Positions 1 to 9,865 of a DNA stretch of 64,000 nucleotides are shown one piece after another. The notes below the pieces were generated by a model. It saw only the letters and a program-made list of their open reading frames with translations. It searched no databases and was not told where the DNA came from. The DNA is taken from NCBI GenBank assembly GCA_937911445.1, contig CALDQY010000189.1, positions 185 to 64,184 on the forward strand, written 5' to 3'. A program made the position numbers and the translations under genes. The stretch is from an uncultured Rhodobiaceae bacterium. GTDB lineage: Archaea > Thermoplasmatota > Poseidoniia > Poseidoniales > Poseidoniaceae. Every line of letters starts with the position of its first letter. Position 1 is the stretch's first letter.

Positions 1-24
1 TAATTGTTCGAGCATCTTTTTCAT
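1..24 (-). CDS. Probable 5' start of a gene running off the window edge (MKKMLEQL...)
   Basis: ATG at 24 on the minus strand, open to the edge, preceded by SD-like GAGGTG (positions 40-35). Confidence 0.4.
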
Positions 25-115
25 TATGTATCCGCACCTCGAGTGCCCTTCGTCTAATAAGCATGCCAATTCACGATGCGACGCCATGTCGTGTCATTCC
101 AATTCGAAAGAAGAT

Positions 116-237
116 GGGTGCACGGTCACAGCGAAGGTGTTTACCCGGTCCCATCCCGAACCCGGAAGTCAAGCCCTTCTGCGTCTGTCCCAATACTGTG
201 GTACGAGAGTCCACGGGAACGGCAGTCACTGTGCCCC
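116..237 (+). rRNA. rrf: 5S ribosomal RNA (unlinked from 16S/23S)
   Basis: Contains the conserved 5S core CCCGGTCCCATCCCGAACCCGGAAGTCAAGCC; terminal helix between the 5' GGGTGCAC and 3' GTGCCC; ~120 nt; pyrimidine-rich tract downstream. Confidence 0.93.
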
Positions 238-329
238 TCTTCTTTCCTCTTGGATTCCCCGATCTTTTTCTTCCTTACACCTAAGATTTCTAAACTACGT
301 ACGGATACAACGTAACAAGGGTGAAGGTC

Positions 330-992
330 ATGCCGATTGATACATTGGATATTCTTGGATCGGACCAGATTGGAATCCACCTTTCATCCATAGGCAAAGT
401 CCTCTTTCATCCCCGAGAACTTCCTGATCTCGTTCTCGAACAGTTGGAAACAACGCTGCAACTTGAGATGGCTCCGATTTCAATCGGTGGTTCAAACCTT
501 ATTGGTGCATTGCTCGCAGGCAATTCAAATGGCATTGCAGTTGCAGATATTGCCACAGAGAAAGACATCGACCAACTGACTGCCTACGGAGACGTTGTCG
601 TGATGGAGGGTGGCGTCAATACTGCAGGAAATCTCCTTCTTGCAAACGAACATGGCTGTGTCGCATCCCCGAGTATTCCACATGACGGATTGGAGATTCT
701 CGCAGATGTTCTTAGTGTTGATATCATTGCCACAACCATCGGTGGCCAGGATGTTGTAGGAAGTCTCGGAGTCGTCAACGATCAAGGTGTGTTGCTTCAC
801 CCAGATGTTGCCGGAGACGAAGTTCTTCTAATCGAAGAGGTTCTCGGAGTTCCTCCAATGGTTGGAACCGTCTCGTTTGGTTCTCCGTATGTTGGTGCAG
901 GCATTTGTGCTTCAAACGATGGAGCTGTTGCAGGTAGTGAAACAACTGGACCAGAATTGAATCGGATTGAAGATGCGCTGGGTATCATCTGA
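330..992 (+). CDS. eif6: Translation initiation factor 6 (aIF-6)
   Basis: Pentein repeats and motifs GNSNG, GNLLLANEHG, GTVSFGSPYVGAG, TTGPELNRIEDAL; start is either GTG 321 or ATG 330. Confidence 0.93.
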   Translation: MPIDTLDILGSDQIGIHLSSIGKVLFHPRELPDLVLEQLETTLQLEMAPISIGGSNLIGALLAGNSNGIAVADIATEKDIDQLTAYGDVVVMEGGVNTAGNLLLANEHGCVASPSIPHDGLEILADVLSVDIIATTIGGQDVVGSLGVVNDQGVLLHPDVAGDEVLLIEEVLGVPPMVGTVSFGSPYVGAGICASNDGAVAGSETTGPELNRIEDALGII

Positions 993-1038
993 TAGCCGAA
1001 CACCAATGTTCAAGAGCCTCTCTTTGTGACTAACGCTC

Positions 1039-1944
1039 ATGGGAGAAATGCTCTATCAAGGGAAGGTTAAGCAAGTTTGGTCAACAGGTGACCCAGATGT
1101 GTTGGAATTCCGATTTACAAATCAAATTTCAGTTTTCGATCAAATTATTCCTTCATTGATTCCTCGCAAGGGTGAGTCATTGAATCGAACCACGGCTCAC
1201 TGGTTTAAGTTGGTCGAAGAGGAAGGCGTTTGTGGAACACATCTCGTTGAAGTTAATGCTGCAGACCGATGTCTTGTTCGCAAGGTTGAGGTTATCAAGG
1301 AACCAGGCGCAATTCCTCGTGATATGGAATGGGTTTTCGTTCCACTTGAATTCATTTGTCGACACTACCTTTCAGGTTCTGCGTGGCGGCGTTTCCAGCG
1401 TGGTGAATTGACTCCAGAGCAACTCGGAGTTTCTGCAGATTGCGAATATGGTGCGAAACTCGAGAAGCCGTTTGTCGAGGTTACGACAAAATTCGAAGCC
1501 TACGACCGGAACATCGACCGTGCAGAAGCACTCGAAATCTCAAACATTACAGATGAGGAGTACGATTCAATCGTTACTGCTGTTCTGAAGATTGATGAAA
1601 TCATAGAACGAGAAGCAGCCAAGAACGGTCTTATCCACGTCGATGGTAAGAAAGAATTCGCCCTTGGTCCGGGAAGAAAAGTCGTTCTTGTCGATACCTT
1701 CGGTACCCTCGATGAAGATCGATGGTGGGATGCAGAAGCATATGCGAATGGAGAATGCATTGAGTTGTCGAAAGAATTCGTACGAACCCATTACATCAAC
1801 ACTGGTCACCAAGCAGAATTGAAGGCTGCTCGCGATGCTGGAACTGATGATCCACCAATTCCTGCCCTACCGCAGTCGGTCATCGATGAAACAGCCGCTT
1901 TGTATGCTTCAATGTACGAGCGGCTGACTTCAGAAACCTTCTGA
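1039..1944 (+). CDS. purC: Phosphoribosylaminoimidazole-succinocarboxamide (SAICAR) synthase
   Basis: Motifs LYQGKVK, ISVFD, IPRKGESLN, VPLEFICRHYLSGS, VDGKKEF, D(T)FGTLDEDRWW, LSKEFVR. Confidence 0.93.
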   Translation: MGEMLYQGKVKQVWSTGDPDVLEFRFTNQISVFDQIIPSLIPRKGESLNRTTAHWFKLVEEEGVCGTHLVEVNAADRCLVRKVEVIKEPGAIPRDMEWVFVPLEFICRHYLSGSAWRRFQRGELTPEQLGVSADCEYGAKLEKPFVEVTTKFEAYDRNIDRAEALEISNITDEEYDSIVTAVLKIDEIIEREAAKNGLIHVDGKKEFALGPGRKVVLVDTFGTLDEDRWWDAEAYANGECIELSKEFVRTHYINTGHQAELKAARDAGTDDPPIPALPQSVIDETAALYASMYERLTSETF

Positions 1945-1946
1945 TC

Positions 1947-2615
1947 CTAGGCATGCATGCGATGAATAAGCCCCGCTCCATGTCGCTCAGCTGCTAGGAG
2001 AAGAGCGTTCAAGTGACGCATTGCATCACGAATCCCACCGTCAATTGGTTCATCTTTGGCGACGGTCCATCCTCCACCGAGCAGGCTTGAACGTAATGTT
2101 TTGACCTCTTCTGACGTGAGAAAACCCATGATGTTCAATCCGGCTTTTCCATCCATGTATCGCTCATCACCGACTTTTTCTGAATTGCAACGAGTTAGAA
2201 GATAATCGAGATGGGTGACAAGATCATCATACAATTCATTGGATTTTGATGCCACACTTCGCACATTTTCCCGAACGTACAGTATGGTCGATCCTGTTGG
2301 ATGTGGGAACCGACCAAATCGTTCCCTGTTTTTGTCCTCTCCGAGCATGATTGGAAGGTTGTCTTGGTCCAACATTCTTGTCAGTGTAAACAAAATTGTT
2401 GGATCATCCCATTGAATCATTGACCTCGAATCATATTCATCAATACCTTGCGTCCGAAAGCGCTCTTGAATCCGAGGATGCTCACACATACTTTGCCATT
2501 CATCAGACGAACCATGCTCTGCTGAAACCAACGCACCGAATACTTCCGAGAGGAGTCCTGAATGACACCCGTCTAGCGTGTAGAACGCTGTCGTGCTCTG
2601 TTGATGAGGCTTCAT
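1947..2615 (-). CDS. Hypothetical protein
   Basis: Long ORF with no recognised motif; ATG 2615 has an SD-like GGGGATGGTG upstream (alternative start GTG 2660 overlaps the upstream stop). Confidence 0.65.
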   Translation of the reverse strand: MKPHQQSTTAFYTLDGCHSGLLSEVFGALVSAEHGSSDEWQSMCEHPRIQERFRTQGIDEYDSRSMIQWDDPTILFTLTRMLDQDNLPIMLGEDKNRERFGRFPHPTGSTILYVRENVRSVASKSNELYDDLVTHLDYLLTRCNSEKVGDERYMDGKAGLNIMGFLTSEEVKTLRSSLLGGGWTVAKDEPIDGGIRDAMRHLNALLLAAERHGAGLIHRMHA

Positions 2616-2656
2616 TGCGTAACCGACACCATCCCCTCTATTGAGGTATGTGTTCG

Positions 2657-5600
2657 TCACTGGAAGAATTTCGACATACGTTCCTCAATGCTTGACTGTT
2701 GCACAGCATCCTCATCCGGATTCATTTCTTTGCGTAAGGAATCCAATCGGCCTGACGGTGTATTGTCCTCTTGGACAGGAATCTCCTCAATCATTGTTGG
2801 TGGAGGATTGTCATCCTCTTCGATGACCGTCGAGATGTCATCAGCAACATCGTTCGTTTCCTCTGTTGCTGTTTCAAGAGCAGTAGTTTTCTTAGAAGGT
2901 TTATCCTGCTTTGGTTTCTTTGTATTGCTTTCCTTAGCCATCGATCGAATCAGGGCGTTGTCCTGTCTTTGCATCATAAAGAGGTAAGCACCAATCAAGA
3001 CGATGGCTACCAATGCACCCCAAATGACACTCGATGATTGGATAACTGAGTCTTGATCTGCGACGAAAATCACCGATGCCGTGTCGTCGCTTACATCGTC
3101 ATCGATGTCAAAAGGACTTTCACATGCCAATACAGCATCGAGCTGCTCCTTATCAGACAAGCCACTCGCATCTATACGGACATTCGGAGAAAATTGAGGC
3201 CCAGCTATATCAATGACAATATCTGCCTTGAAATCACTACTTCGACTCGTTACAGTAAGGATACAAACAGCATTCTCCAAAACAGCATAGTTTGTTCTCG
3301 ACACTGCAACATTGATGCTGCCTTCGGCAGATATGCTGCTAATTCCGACGTTCCACCCGGACTCTTGTGCAATTACCTCTTTGTCTATGCTTGCGAGGAC
3401 ATTGCCGTACTCATCGTAAGCTGAGACAACAATCGTCAACACACCCGGCGCAGGATCCCAGTTCAGAACACTCAGGTTTGCAAACGTTGATTCGTTTTCT
3501 AAAATTGTGAATCTTGAAGTCTGGATTGGAATCGTATCTCCTCTACTTGAACTCGCGACAAACGAGAGTTTGGTGTTCTGTGTTGGATCTCCATTGACTT
3601 CGCAACTGACAACATCACCAGTGTATGTGCCTTGACCAAGTTCAGAGAAGGCAGTGTTGACAAAGGAGCATGTGACAGCCGTCTGAGGTGAATTTCTTCC
3701 GATGAGAATGAGTTGAATCCGTTCCTCACCGCTGGTAAGGTTGACGTAATTTGTTCCTTGCAAAACTGAAAACGTGTACGTGCTGTCGGAGACAGAGGAG
3801 TAGGTTCCTTGGATTTCCTCTACTCCAGTGTCGTGGATTTCAACATCCAAATTGGTATTGCTTCTTCCCCAAAGCACTGGGCTTGACAGAAACGATAAAT
3901 TTGAGGATTGGATTGTGAAGTCGAACAACTGCGTTCCGAGGTTTGAGTGCGTCACCTCGACGGTTAGTTCAACATCAGATTTGTCCCAATCGCCTGACGG
4001 CATGAGATGAATCGGAATTCCCCGAACCTCTCCTGGCACCAATTGGATTGGCGTGTCGATATTGGCAGACCAACCTTGTGGCATGTCGGGAAGAACAAAG
4101 GCAATTTCTGCCAAATCGTTGCCTGTGTTTTCGATCCATGCAAGAGGATATCCCCCTTCAGAGCTGACATACCAATCACGCTCCATTTGGAGATCATAAC
4201 TGGATGAACCGATGACGCGAACGGGCACTTCAAACACTTCAGAACCTTTACCTACAGCATCAGAAACACGAATTTTCAATATATTGACATCTCCTTCTCG
4301 GGCGTCTACTGGCGCTTCAACATAGATGTCAACTGTTGAGGTTTGACCGGGCTCCATCAGTTCACCATCTGGGAGCGTTATGTTCCATCCTTGGCCAAAT
4401 TTGGTCAAGAACGGAGTGGAGGGTGCATTCCCTTTTTGCTCGAGTTCAACTTGAATCAGATCCCCTCCGGGTGCTACTTCGAGATTGCTATTTGCTAGAT
4501 TGAGTTCCCACTCGGAATACTCCATTACAGAGAGATTCACCTCGACCACATCAAGCACATACCCGGATGATACTATTGTGTAGGTCAATCTCGCACTTGC
4601 ATCCATCCAAGCATAAGGAATGGCTTGAACGACACTCAGTGTTTCAGATGCGTTAACCGCTAACATCGATGACGTTATGGGACCATGTGTATTCCATACT
4701 GCGGTATCGTTGGATGCAGTAGTAATTGAAAGCGATGGAACAAGTTGCACATCATCAACAAAATTCCCAATGTTGGTGATGTTGAATTCGAGGACGTGGT
4801 CACTGTTTGGTTGTACATCCTGTTGTGGCCCATTGACCAAAGTAATATCCCATTCGTGCCTCTGTTCTGCTTCGACCAAAAGCGTTGTAGTCGCTGCAAC
4901 TGACTTGTTGACCATCGATGCCCATTCAAATTCGAGATAGAACGGTTGAGCAGCAGGTAGGGTACTGCTTAATTCAATGTCGAGTGGCATGATGGTCGTA
5001 GCCAAAGGCCCCAAGGTTCTGATTTGGTTGTAATAGGTAAACTGAACATCATCGGAGGAGATGGCCTCTGTGGTCATGACACTGGCAGTAAACTCATACG
5101 TGTCTTCACCGTTACCAGGATTCTCAAGCTGAATGAGGAGCTGATGAGGTGTACTCACGTTGAAGCCATGCGGTTCAAGCGATGGTTGTGGGTCAATGAC
5201 GCTCAATCCAGCCCGATGAATCTGTAGAACGTGGATGCTCAAATCAAAGGCATGGTGCGCAAGGGGAGTTTGTTCATCTGCATTGAATGTAAGCCGCTGC
5301 GGAGGTGCGTTGGTTGGAATGTAAACCTCAAGATGGACTGTGTGGATCGAATTTGAGGGACCGTTTGCGGTAAGGATTCCATTTTGTAGGCTACCTCCGC
5401 TTGTGACGTTCCACTGCCAGTTCGGGAGGGCAATATTTGCTTGATTGAGATCCCAACTTAACGTTCCCGATTGAGGCAAGAGCATCTCGAATTCAAACGC
5501 ATGTTGCATATCAGGAACCGTTCGAATGTGCACCGGTGATGTGTGCGAACCCACCGCTGTGAAATTCGCATTCAGAGAACGGCACAGGGTGTCGTCTCCG

Positions 5601-8293
5601 CTACCTATGCACGTTGTCAGTGTTGTTGTTGTGGTCCCGCCGAACGTTGTCGAGCTTGGAACATCGAGGAGGATTTTCAGTTCTCTTTTCTCTCCTGGTT
5701 GGAGCGTGATGGAGTAGACATTATTTGATCCGTCGTTGAGTACAGGCGTCCCTCCCCAGGATGGATTTGTCCAATCGATGGAGGTTGTTGTTTCAACAGC
5801 GTTTCCTAGATTTTCTATGAGAACGTAGGATTCGGCTGTCTGACCAGGAAGACCGTAGCCTTCTGTGAACGAAAGTCCAGATGATCCAACAAGTGACAAT
5901 CCACGTGTACGAAGTGCTTCAATCGGAATCCATGACGATTCTTGAACACTCGAATCCGTGGTGAGGGTCGCTGTGAGTTCGATGTATCCGTCCTCGTCAC
6001 CAAGTGCATCTGTTGGCAAGGTGGCAACGAAGGGAATGGTGATTGGTGCTGAAGGAATAAGCTCAACGTTTTCCAAGGTCGTCCCGGCTTGTGGTTCAAT
6101 AGCCCAGTCTGCTGGCAAGTTCGTCGTATCATAGGAGAGATTCCAATTTGCTGTACGTGAACCTGTTGCAGTGATGGTAATATCAACAATTTCACTTGTT
6201 CCTGGTTCCACTCTTGTTACGGTTTCAGGACCTTGTATGAGGACATCGTATGGTTCAACGACAGTCAACGTCACTTGCTCGATGTTGTTGTCCTCACGTG
6301 CCTCGCTGAGATTCTGGTTCATGTCGAGTACGAGTTCGAAGGTGTGTGTGCCGAGGATGGCGGTGACATCGACGCTAAAGGTTGCTGGGCCCCCTTCTCC
6401 ACTAGGAGAGAGTGGTTCAAGATCTTCGAAGCGGACTCGTGTTAGCTCTTGACCGTTCATGTACAATGCGCAGTCTATGTTGTCCTCGTTTTCCCATGTT
6501 CCGATATTTGCAAACTGGCCAGTGACTGTCAGTGCTTGACCAGGATCTGGAGAAACCGGGTTGAAGGAAATTCCATTGCCATCAGGTAGCGGTGCCAGGT
6601 CAAGCAAACGCTGGGATACAAGCGTATCTCCGTAAAGCATGTCGAGATATCCATCTCCATCGAGGTCCGCAAAGGCAGGAGCAGACCAAACGCGATGCGG
6701 CATTGAAAGTGGCTCATCCCACCCTTCTGAAACCTCATTATCGAATCCGGTGTTACCTTCGAAAACAAAGATGCGACGACCAAATGCTACAACAATTTCA
6801 GGATCTCCCTCTCCATCAATATCCATCCATGCAGGAGGGGAAACAGCAATTTCGTCGTTATCATTTCCCGATCCTCCTCTGTTCATGACCTTGTTCCACA
6901 CCTCTGATGGTGGGTCATCGGTCAAGTCATGGCAACCCACCATTCCCTCTCTGTCGAATGTTACGGAAGATGAGGAATACCATGTTGCCCAGCACAATCG
7001 ATCGTGTACACCATCATCATCAAGATCAATCGGTAGAGGTGGCGCATCAGCGTAGCCATTGCGAGCACGGAAACTGAAAATTTCCTCGGTTGACGTTAAT
7101 TCCATGCCAATGAAACGAGCACCTAAGCCAACGGTCCGGCCATTGGCATCTGTTGGTACTGTGAGAATCATCTCTGGCGCAGCATCTCCATCGAGTTGAA
7201 CGACAACCGGACTGGGCAAGCGAAGCCGTGGCGCATCGGAATCCGCATCTGTGCCTGATAGTGCTACTCGACCCCAATCGTTCGAACCCGTACTTCCGTC
7301 AATTCTCCAAATCCACATGTTTCCTGAGTTCTCGTCGATGGTTGTTGCAACAACAACGGACGTTTGCCCATCAAGTTGAGCCCAAGCAGGGTCGCTCGGA
7401 TGCGTACCTCTGTCGAGTGTAACATCCCAGTTTACAGTTGGAGCGTTCGCTCCGAGTGGCAAACTGATGATGTGCGGGTCATCTGTTGTAGAGTCAACGA
7501 CAGTGAGGACAAGTTCCGGCTGTCCATCAAGTTCCAAATCTGCTAGAAGCGGTTGAGTGACGGAGAGATGGTTGCTTTGTCGCGTTTGGAAATGTGGACT
7601 CGTGATTCCAATCCTGTAATCTGTGCTGGTCCACGACCACATCAGTTCGTTTGAATGCCCTCCACTTTGCCAACCGGACTCGTCGCAGTACAACTCTGGT
7701 GACCACACGTCCACCTGAAGCGAAGAATCTGTGTCATAACTCACGATGATTTCGAAACTACCATCCAAGTCAACATCCGTTAGTACCGGAGTAGAGCGTG
7801 CAGCTTTTGTGTCACCGAGATCGACTTGCCACGCTAAATCGGCATCATCTCCTGAAAACAACGATAATTTCGTTGATGATGTTGACGTGCTCTCGTGAAG
7901 GAGAACTGCAAACAGGCCAAATGGCGCACAACGTTGGATGGCTCCTGGAGTTGTCGTAAGGCTTTCAGAGAAATTTCCGATAATTGAACCGTAGGCATCT
8001 GAACCGATGTCATCATCAAGTGCGACCCAATTGATGACAGGATCATCGATGGTCAGCATTGTGCCAGTTTGAGCGTCATGAGTTGGCATAGAACCATTGC
8101 GTGTAGGCGTACCACCGTATTGACCCCATGGTTGCTCGTAAGGGCTCCATGGTTGTTCGGACGTCAGTTCAACGGCTTTTTCATCTGCTAAATGTGTCCA
8201 ATGAATCTGGGTCAAGGATACCGTGAGCATCAATATAACGATGCCAATGGCAGGGAATTGTGACCCTGCTTTGGAATGGCTTTCGCTGCTCAT
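2657..8293 (-). CDS. Large (1878 aa) membrane-anchored extracellular protein: FG-GAP-like beta-propeller, CARDB-like and NEW3/Ig-like repeats
   Basis: N-terminal signal; WGQYGGTPTRNG (PQQ-like propeller start); repeated DxDxDG..E/D motifs; E.REDNN CARDB end; repeated I.N.GN...D motifs; C-terminal TM helix and acidic tail. Confidence 0.8.
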   Translation of the reverse strand: MSSESHSKAGSQFPAIGIVILMLTVSLTQIHWTHLADEKAVELTSEQPWSPYEQPWGQYGGTPTRNGSMPTHDAQTGTMLTIDDPVINWVALDDDIGSDAYGSIIGNFSESLTTTPGAIQRCAPFGLFAVLLHESTSTSSTKLSLFSGDDADLAWQVDLGDTKAARSTPVLTDVDLDGSFEIIVSYDTDSSLQVDVWSPELYCDESGWQSGGHSNELMWSWTSTDYRIGITSPHFQTRQSNHLSVTQPLLADLELDGQPELVLTVVDSTTDDPHIISLPLGANAPTVNWDVTLDRGTHPSDPAWAQLDGQTSVVVATTIDENSGNMWIWRIDGSTGSNDWGRVALSGTDADSDAPRLRLPSPVVVQLDGDAAPEMILTVPTDANGRTVGLGARFIGMELTSTEEIFSFRARNGYADAPPLPIDLDDDGVHDRLCWATWYSSSSVTFDREGMVGCHDLTDDPPSEVWNKVMNRGGSGNDNDEIAVSPPAWMDIDGEGDPEIVVAFGRRIFVFEGNTGFDNEVSEGWDEPLSMPHRVWSAPAFADLDGDGYLDMLYGDTLVSQRLLDLAPLPDGNGISFNPVSPDPGQALTVTGQFANIGTWENEDNIDCALYMNGQELTRVRFEDLEPLSPSGEGGPATFSVDVTAILGTHTFELVLDMNQNLSEAREDNNIEQVTLTVVEPYDVLIQGPETVTRVEPGTSEIVDITITATGSRTANWNLSYDTTNLPADWAIEPQAGTTLENVELIPSAPITIPFVATLPTDALGDEDGYIELTATLTTDSSVQESSWIPIEALRTRGLSLVGSSGLSFTEGYGLPGQTAESYVLIENLGNAVETTTSIDWTNPSWGGTPVLNDGSNNVYSITLQPGEKRELKILLDVPSSTTFGGTTTTTLTTCIGSGDDTLCRSLNANFTAVGSHTSPVHIRTVPDMQHAFEFEMLLPQSGTLSWDLNQANIALPNWQWNVTSGGSLQNGILTANGPSNSIHTVHLEVYIPTNAPPQRLTFNADEQTPLAHHAFDLSIHVLQIHRAGLSVIDPQPSLEPHGFNVSTPHQLLIQLENPGNGEDTYEFTASVMTTEAISSDDVQFTYYNQIRTLGPLATTIMPLDIELSSTLPAAQPFYLEFEWASMVNKSVAATTTLLVEAEQRHEWDITLVNGPQQDVQPNSDHVLEFNITNIGNFVDDVQLVPSLSITTASNDTAVWNTHGPITSSMLAVNASETLSVVQAIPYAWMDASARLTYTIVSSGYVLDVVEVNLSVMEYSEWELNLANSNLEVAPGGDLIQVELEQKGNAPSTPFLTKFGQGWNITLPDGELMEPGQTSTVDIYVEAPVDAREGDVNILKIRVSDAVGKGSEVFEVPVRVIGSSSYDLQMERDWYVSSEGGYPLAWIENTGNDLAEIAFVLPDMPQGWSANIDTPIQLVPGEVRGIPIHLMPSGDWDKSDVELTVEVTHSNLGTQLFDFTIQSSNLSFLSSPVLWGRSNTNLDVEIHDTGVEEIQGTYSSVSDSTYTFSVLQGTNYVNLTSGEERIQLILIGRNSPQTAVTCSFVNTAFSELGQGTYTGDVVSCEVNGDPTQNTKLSFVASSSRGDTIPIQTSRFTILENESTFANLSVLNWDPAPGVLTIVVSAYDEYGNVLASIDKEVIAQESGWNVGISSISAEGSINVAVSRTNYAVLENAVCILTVTSRSSDFKADIVIDIAGPQFSPNVRIDASGLSDKEQLDAVLACESPFDIDDDVSDDTASVIFVADQDSVIQSSSVIWGALVAIVLIGAYLFMMQRQDNALIRSMAKESNTKKPKQDKPSKKTTALETATEETNDVADDISTVIEEDDNPPPTMIEEIPVQEDNTPSGRLDSLRKEMNPDEDAVQQSSIEERMSKFFQ

Positions 8294-8425
8294 TGTTGTT
8301 ATTCATCCATGAGGGGTTGTTATTGTTTTGCTCTTCAAGCGTCGCATCACTGTCAATTACAACCCATTTTTGTGACCTCAGTGCTTAGAATTCCAAAGCG
8401 CAGTTGCTTGAATTGATGCGTGGGC

Positions 8426-8433
8426 TTCATATA
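8426..8433 (+). promoter_or_regulatory. TATA-like box for the rpoE1 operon
   Basis: TTCATATA about 29 nt upstream of the first hairpin of the structured leader. Confidence 0.5.
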
Positions 8434-8453
8434 GGGGTCGACTGTGGGCGAAA

Positions 8454-8553
8454 TGACTTCGGTCAACTTCTCTCCCGAGGCGAAAGCCGGTGAAGGACGG
8501 AAAGGTTCTGCCTCTTCCTCTTCATCACTCGGTTTGAGAAGCCCGGGAGATGA
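8454..8553 (+). ncRNA. Putative structured cis-regulatory leader RNA upstream of rpoE1
   Basis: C(UUCG)G and GAAA tetraloop hairpins plus a three-way junction with long-range pairings; see findings. Confidence 0.55.
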
Positions 8554-8558
8554 GATAG

Positions 8559-9110
8559 ATGTACAAAATCGTCACAAGAGAGGATACCATTCGTATCCCT
8601 GCAGAGTACATGAAGAAAGGCCAATCACTCGACCAACACATCGACCGATTGGCAATGACCGCCTTCGAAGGTCGCTTCGATGAACAAAATCGCTTCATTT
8701 TGGTAACAAGCAACCACACGCCTCTCGGTCGTGGTCGCATCATCCACGGCGACGGGGCAATCTATCAGCGTGTTCGCTTCGATGCACTCCTCTTCTGCAT
8801 GGACGATTACGAAGTTGTTGAAGGAGCCATCTCTGAAGTCAACGAGTTCGGGGCATTCGTTCGCATCGGTCCAATGGAAGCTCTACTCCACAAATCACAG
8901 ATTCTTGATGACCAAGTCGAAGTCAATGTCGGTGCGGGCACCATCTCAGGCCGTAACGATGACAAGCGATTGGGCATCGGAACCGCTGTTCGTGCTCGAA
9001 TCGTTTCGCTGTCACCTGACACAAGCGATCCTCGCCGATCAAAGATTGGTCTAACATGTAAGCAACCAGGACTTGGGTCTCTTGAATGGCTTGGCGAAAC
9101 AGGTGAGTGA
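8559..9110 (+). CDS. rpoE1: DNA-directed RNA polymerase subunit E' (Rpo7)
   Basis: MYKIV..D.IRIP, GRIIHGDG, EVVEG..SEV.EFGAFVRIGP..ALLHKSQI, KIGLT.KQPGLG. Confidence 0.95.
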   Translation: MYKIVTREDTIRIPAEYMKKGQSLDQHIDRLAMTAFEGRFDEQNRFILVTSNHTPLGRGRIIHGDGAIYQRVRFDALLFCMDDYEVVEGAISEVNEFGAFVRIGPMEALLHKSQILDDQVEVNVGAGTISGRNDDKRLGIGTAVRARIVSLSPDTSDPRRSKIGLTCKQPGLGSLEWLGETGE

Positions 9111-9112
9111 AG

Positions 9113-9316
9113 ATGGCTAAGAATCCATTTGCATGCGGTGAATGTGGACTCATTCTCCAGGACGGAGTCGACCAATGCCCACGCCATCCCTCTGCTCAAA
9201 CCACAACTGACTGGCAAGGCTATGTCATTATTATTCACCCGTCGCGCTCGGAGATCGCAGAGCGATTGAACATTGACCAACCTGGTCACTACGCACTGAA
9301 AGTAAACATCCGATAA
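9113..9316 (+). CDS. spt4: Transcription elongation factor Spt4 (RpoE'')
   Basis: Zn ribbon ACGECG...CPRH, DWQGYVIII.P..SEIA, PG.YALKV; directly downstream of rpoE1. Confidence 0.93.
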   Translation: MAKNPFACGECGLILQDGVDQCPRHPSAQTTTDWQGYVIIIHPSRSEIAERLNIDQPGHYALKVNIR

Positions 9317-9329
9317 GGAGGACGAACAC

Positions 9330-9695
9330 ATGGATATTGTAAACCGAATAGAAAACAAACTACTCAACCGAGTTGAAATCGACTTCAAGTGGAATCACAA
9401 GGGGTCAAAGACACCCTCGAAGAAGGACATCATGGATCTTGTCAAGACCCTTGAGCCCGGTTCCAATCCTGATTTTATCGTCGTAAAGAACTGCAAGACT
9501 CGCTATGGACAAGCTTTGACAACAGGTCAAGCACTCATCTACGAATCTGCTGAGGCCATGAAGGTCGAACCAGAATACATTCACGAACGCCACAAGGGTT
9601 TCCGAAGTGGTAACGCAACCGAAGCGGTCGCTGAAGAGGCTGCTGAAGAGGCTGCTGAAGAGGCTGCTGAAGAAACAGAGGACGGTGGTGAATGA
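9330..9695 (+). CDS. rps24e: 30S ribosomal protein S24e
   Basis: [16 protein letters not shown]...T.G.A.IY, EPEYI; canonical operon position; acidic repetitive tail. Confidence 0.9.
   Translation: MDIVNRIENKLLNRVEIDFKWNHKGSKTPSKKDIMDLVKTLEPGSNPDFIVVKNCKTRYGQALTTGQALIYESAEAMKVEPEYIHERHKGFRSGNATEAVAEEAAEEAAEEAAEETEDGGE
9630..9673 (+). repeat. 12-bp in-frame tandem repeat (GCTGAAGAGGCT x about 3.7) encoding (AEEA)n
   Basis: Three exact 12-mers plus a partial copy in the S24e tail. Confidence 0.9.
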
Positions 9696-9865
9696 TGGGA
9701 GAACCAAATCCAAAGGCAAAGTGGTCGAAGTATGCAATCTCTGAGGATGGTACACTCGAGCGCAAGGCTGAGCACTGTCCAAACTGTGGTCCTGGTGTCT
9801 TCCTAGGCACACACGCTGACCGCAAGACTTGTGGCCGTTGCGGCTACTCTGTCAAAAACGAGTGA
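9695..9865 (+). CDS. rps27ae: 30S ribosomal protein S27ae (56 aa; not in the ORF track)
   Basis: Hand translation [56 protein letters not shown] has the CPxCGPGVF...H.DR..CGRCGY signature. Confidence 0.95.
   Translation: MGEPNPKAKWSKYAISEDGTLERKAEHCPNCGPGVFLGTHADRKTCGRCGYSVKNE

Noticed and set aside
26-380. Several short ORFs on both strands at the window start
   Set aside because: They overlap the 5S rRNA gene and have no protein motifs
8444-8683. 79-aa ORF or ribozyme in the rpoE1 leader
   Set aside because: The ORF is low-complexity and runs out of frame into rpoE1. There is no hammerhead CUGAUGA core and no SRP or RNase P signature, so it is kept only as an unknown structured leader.
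9630-9673. Short direct repeats as a possible CRISPR array
   Set aside because: The repeats are contiguous in-frame 12-mers without spacers, and no cas genes are present
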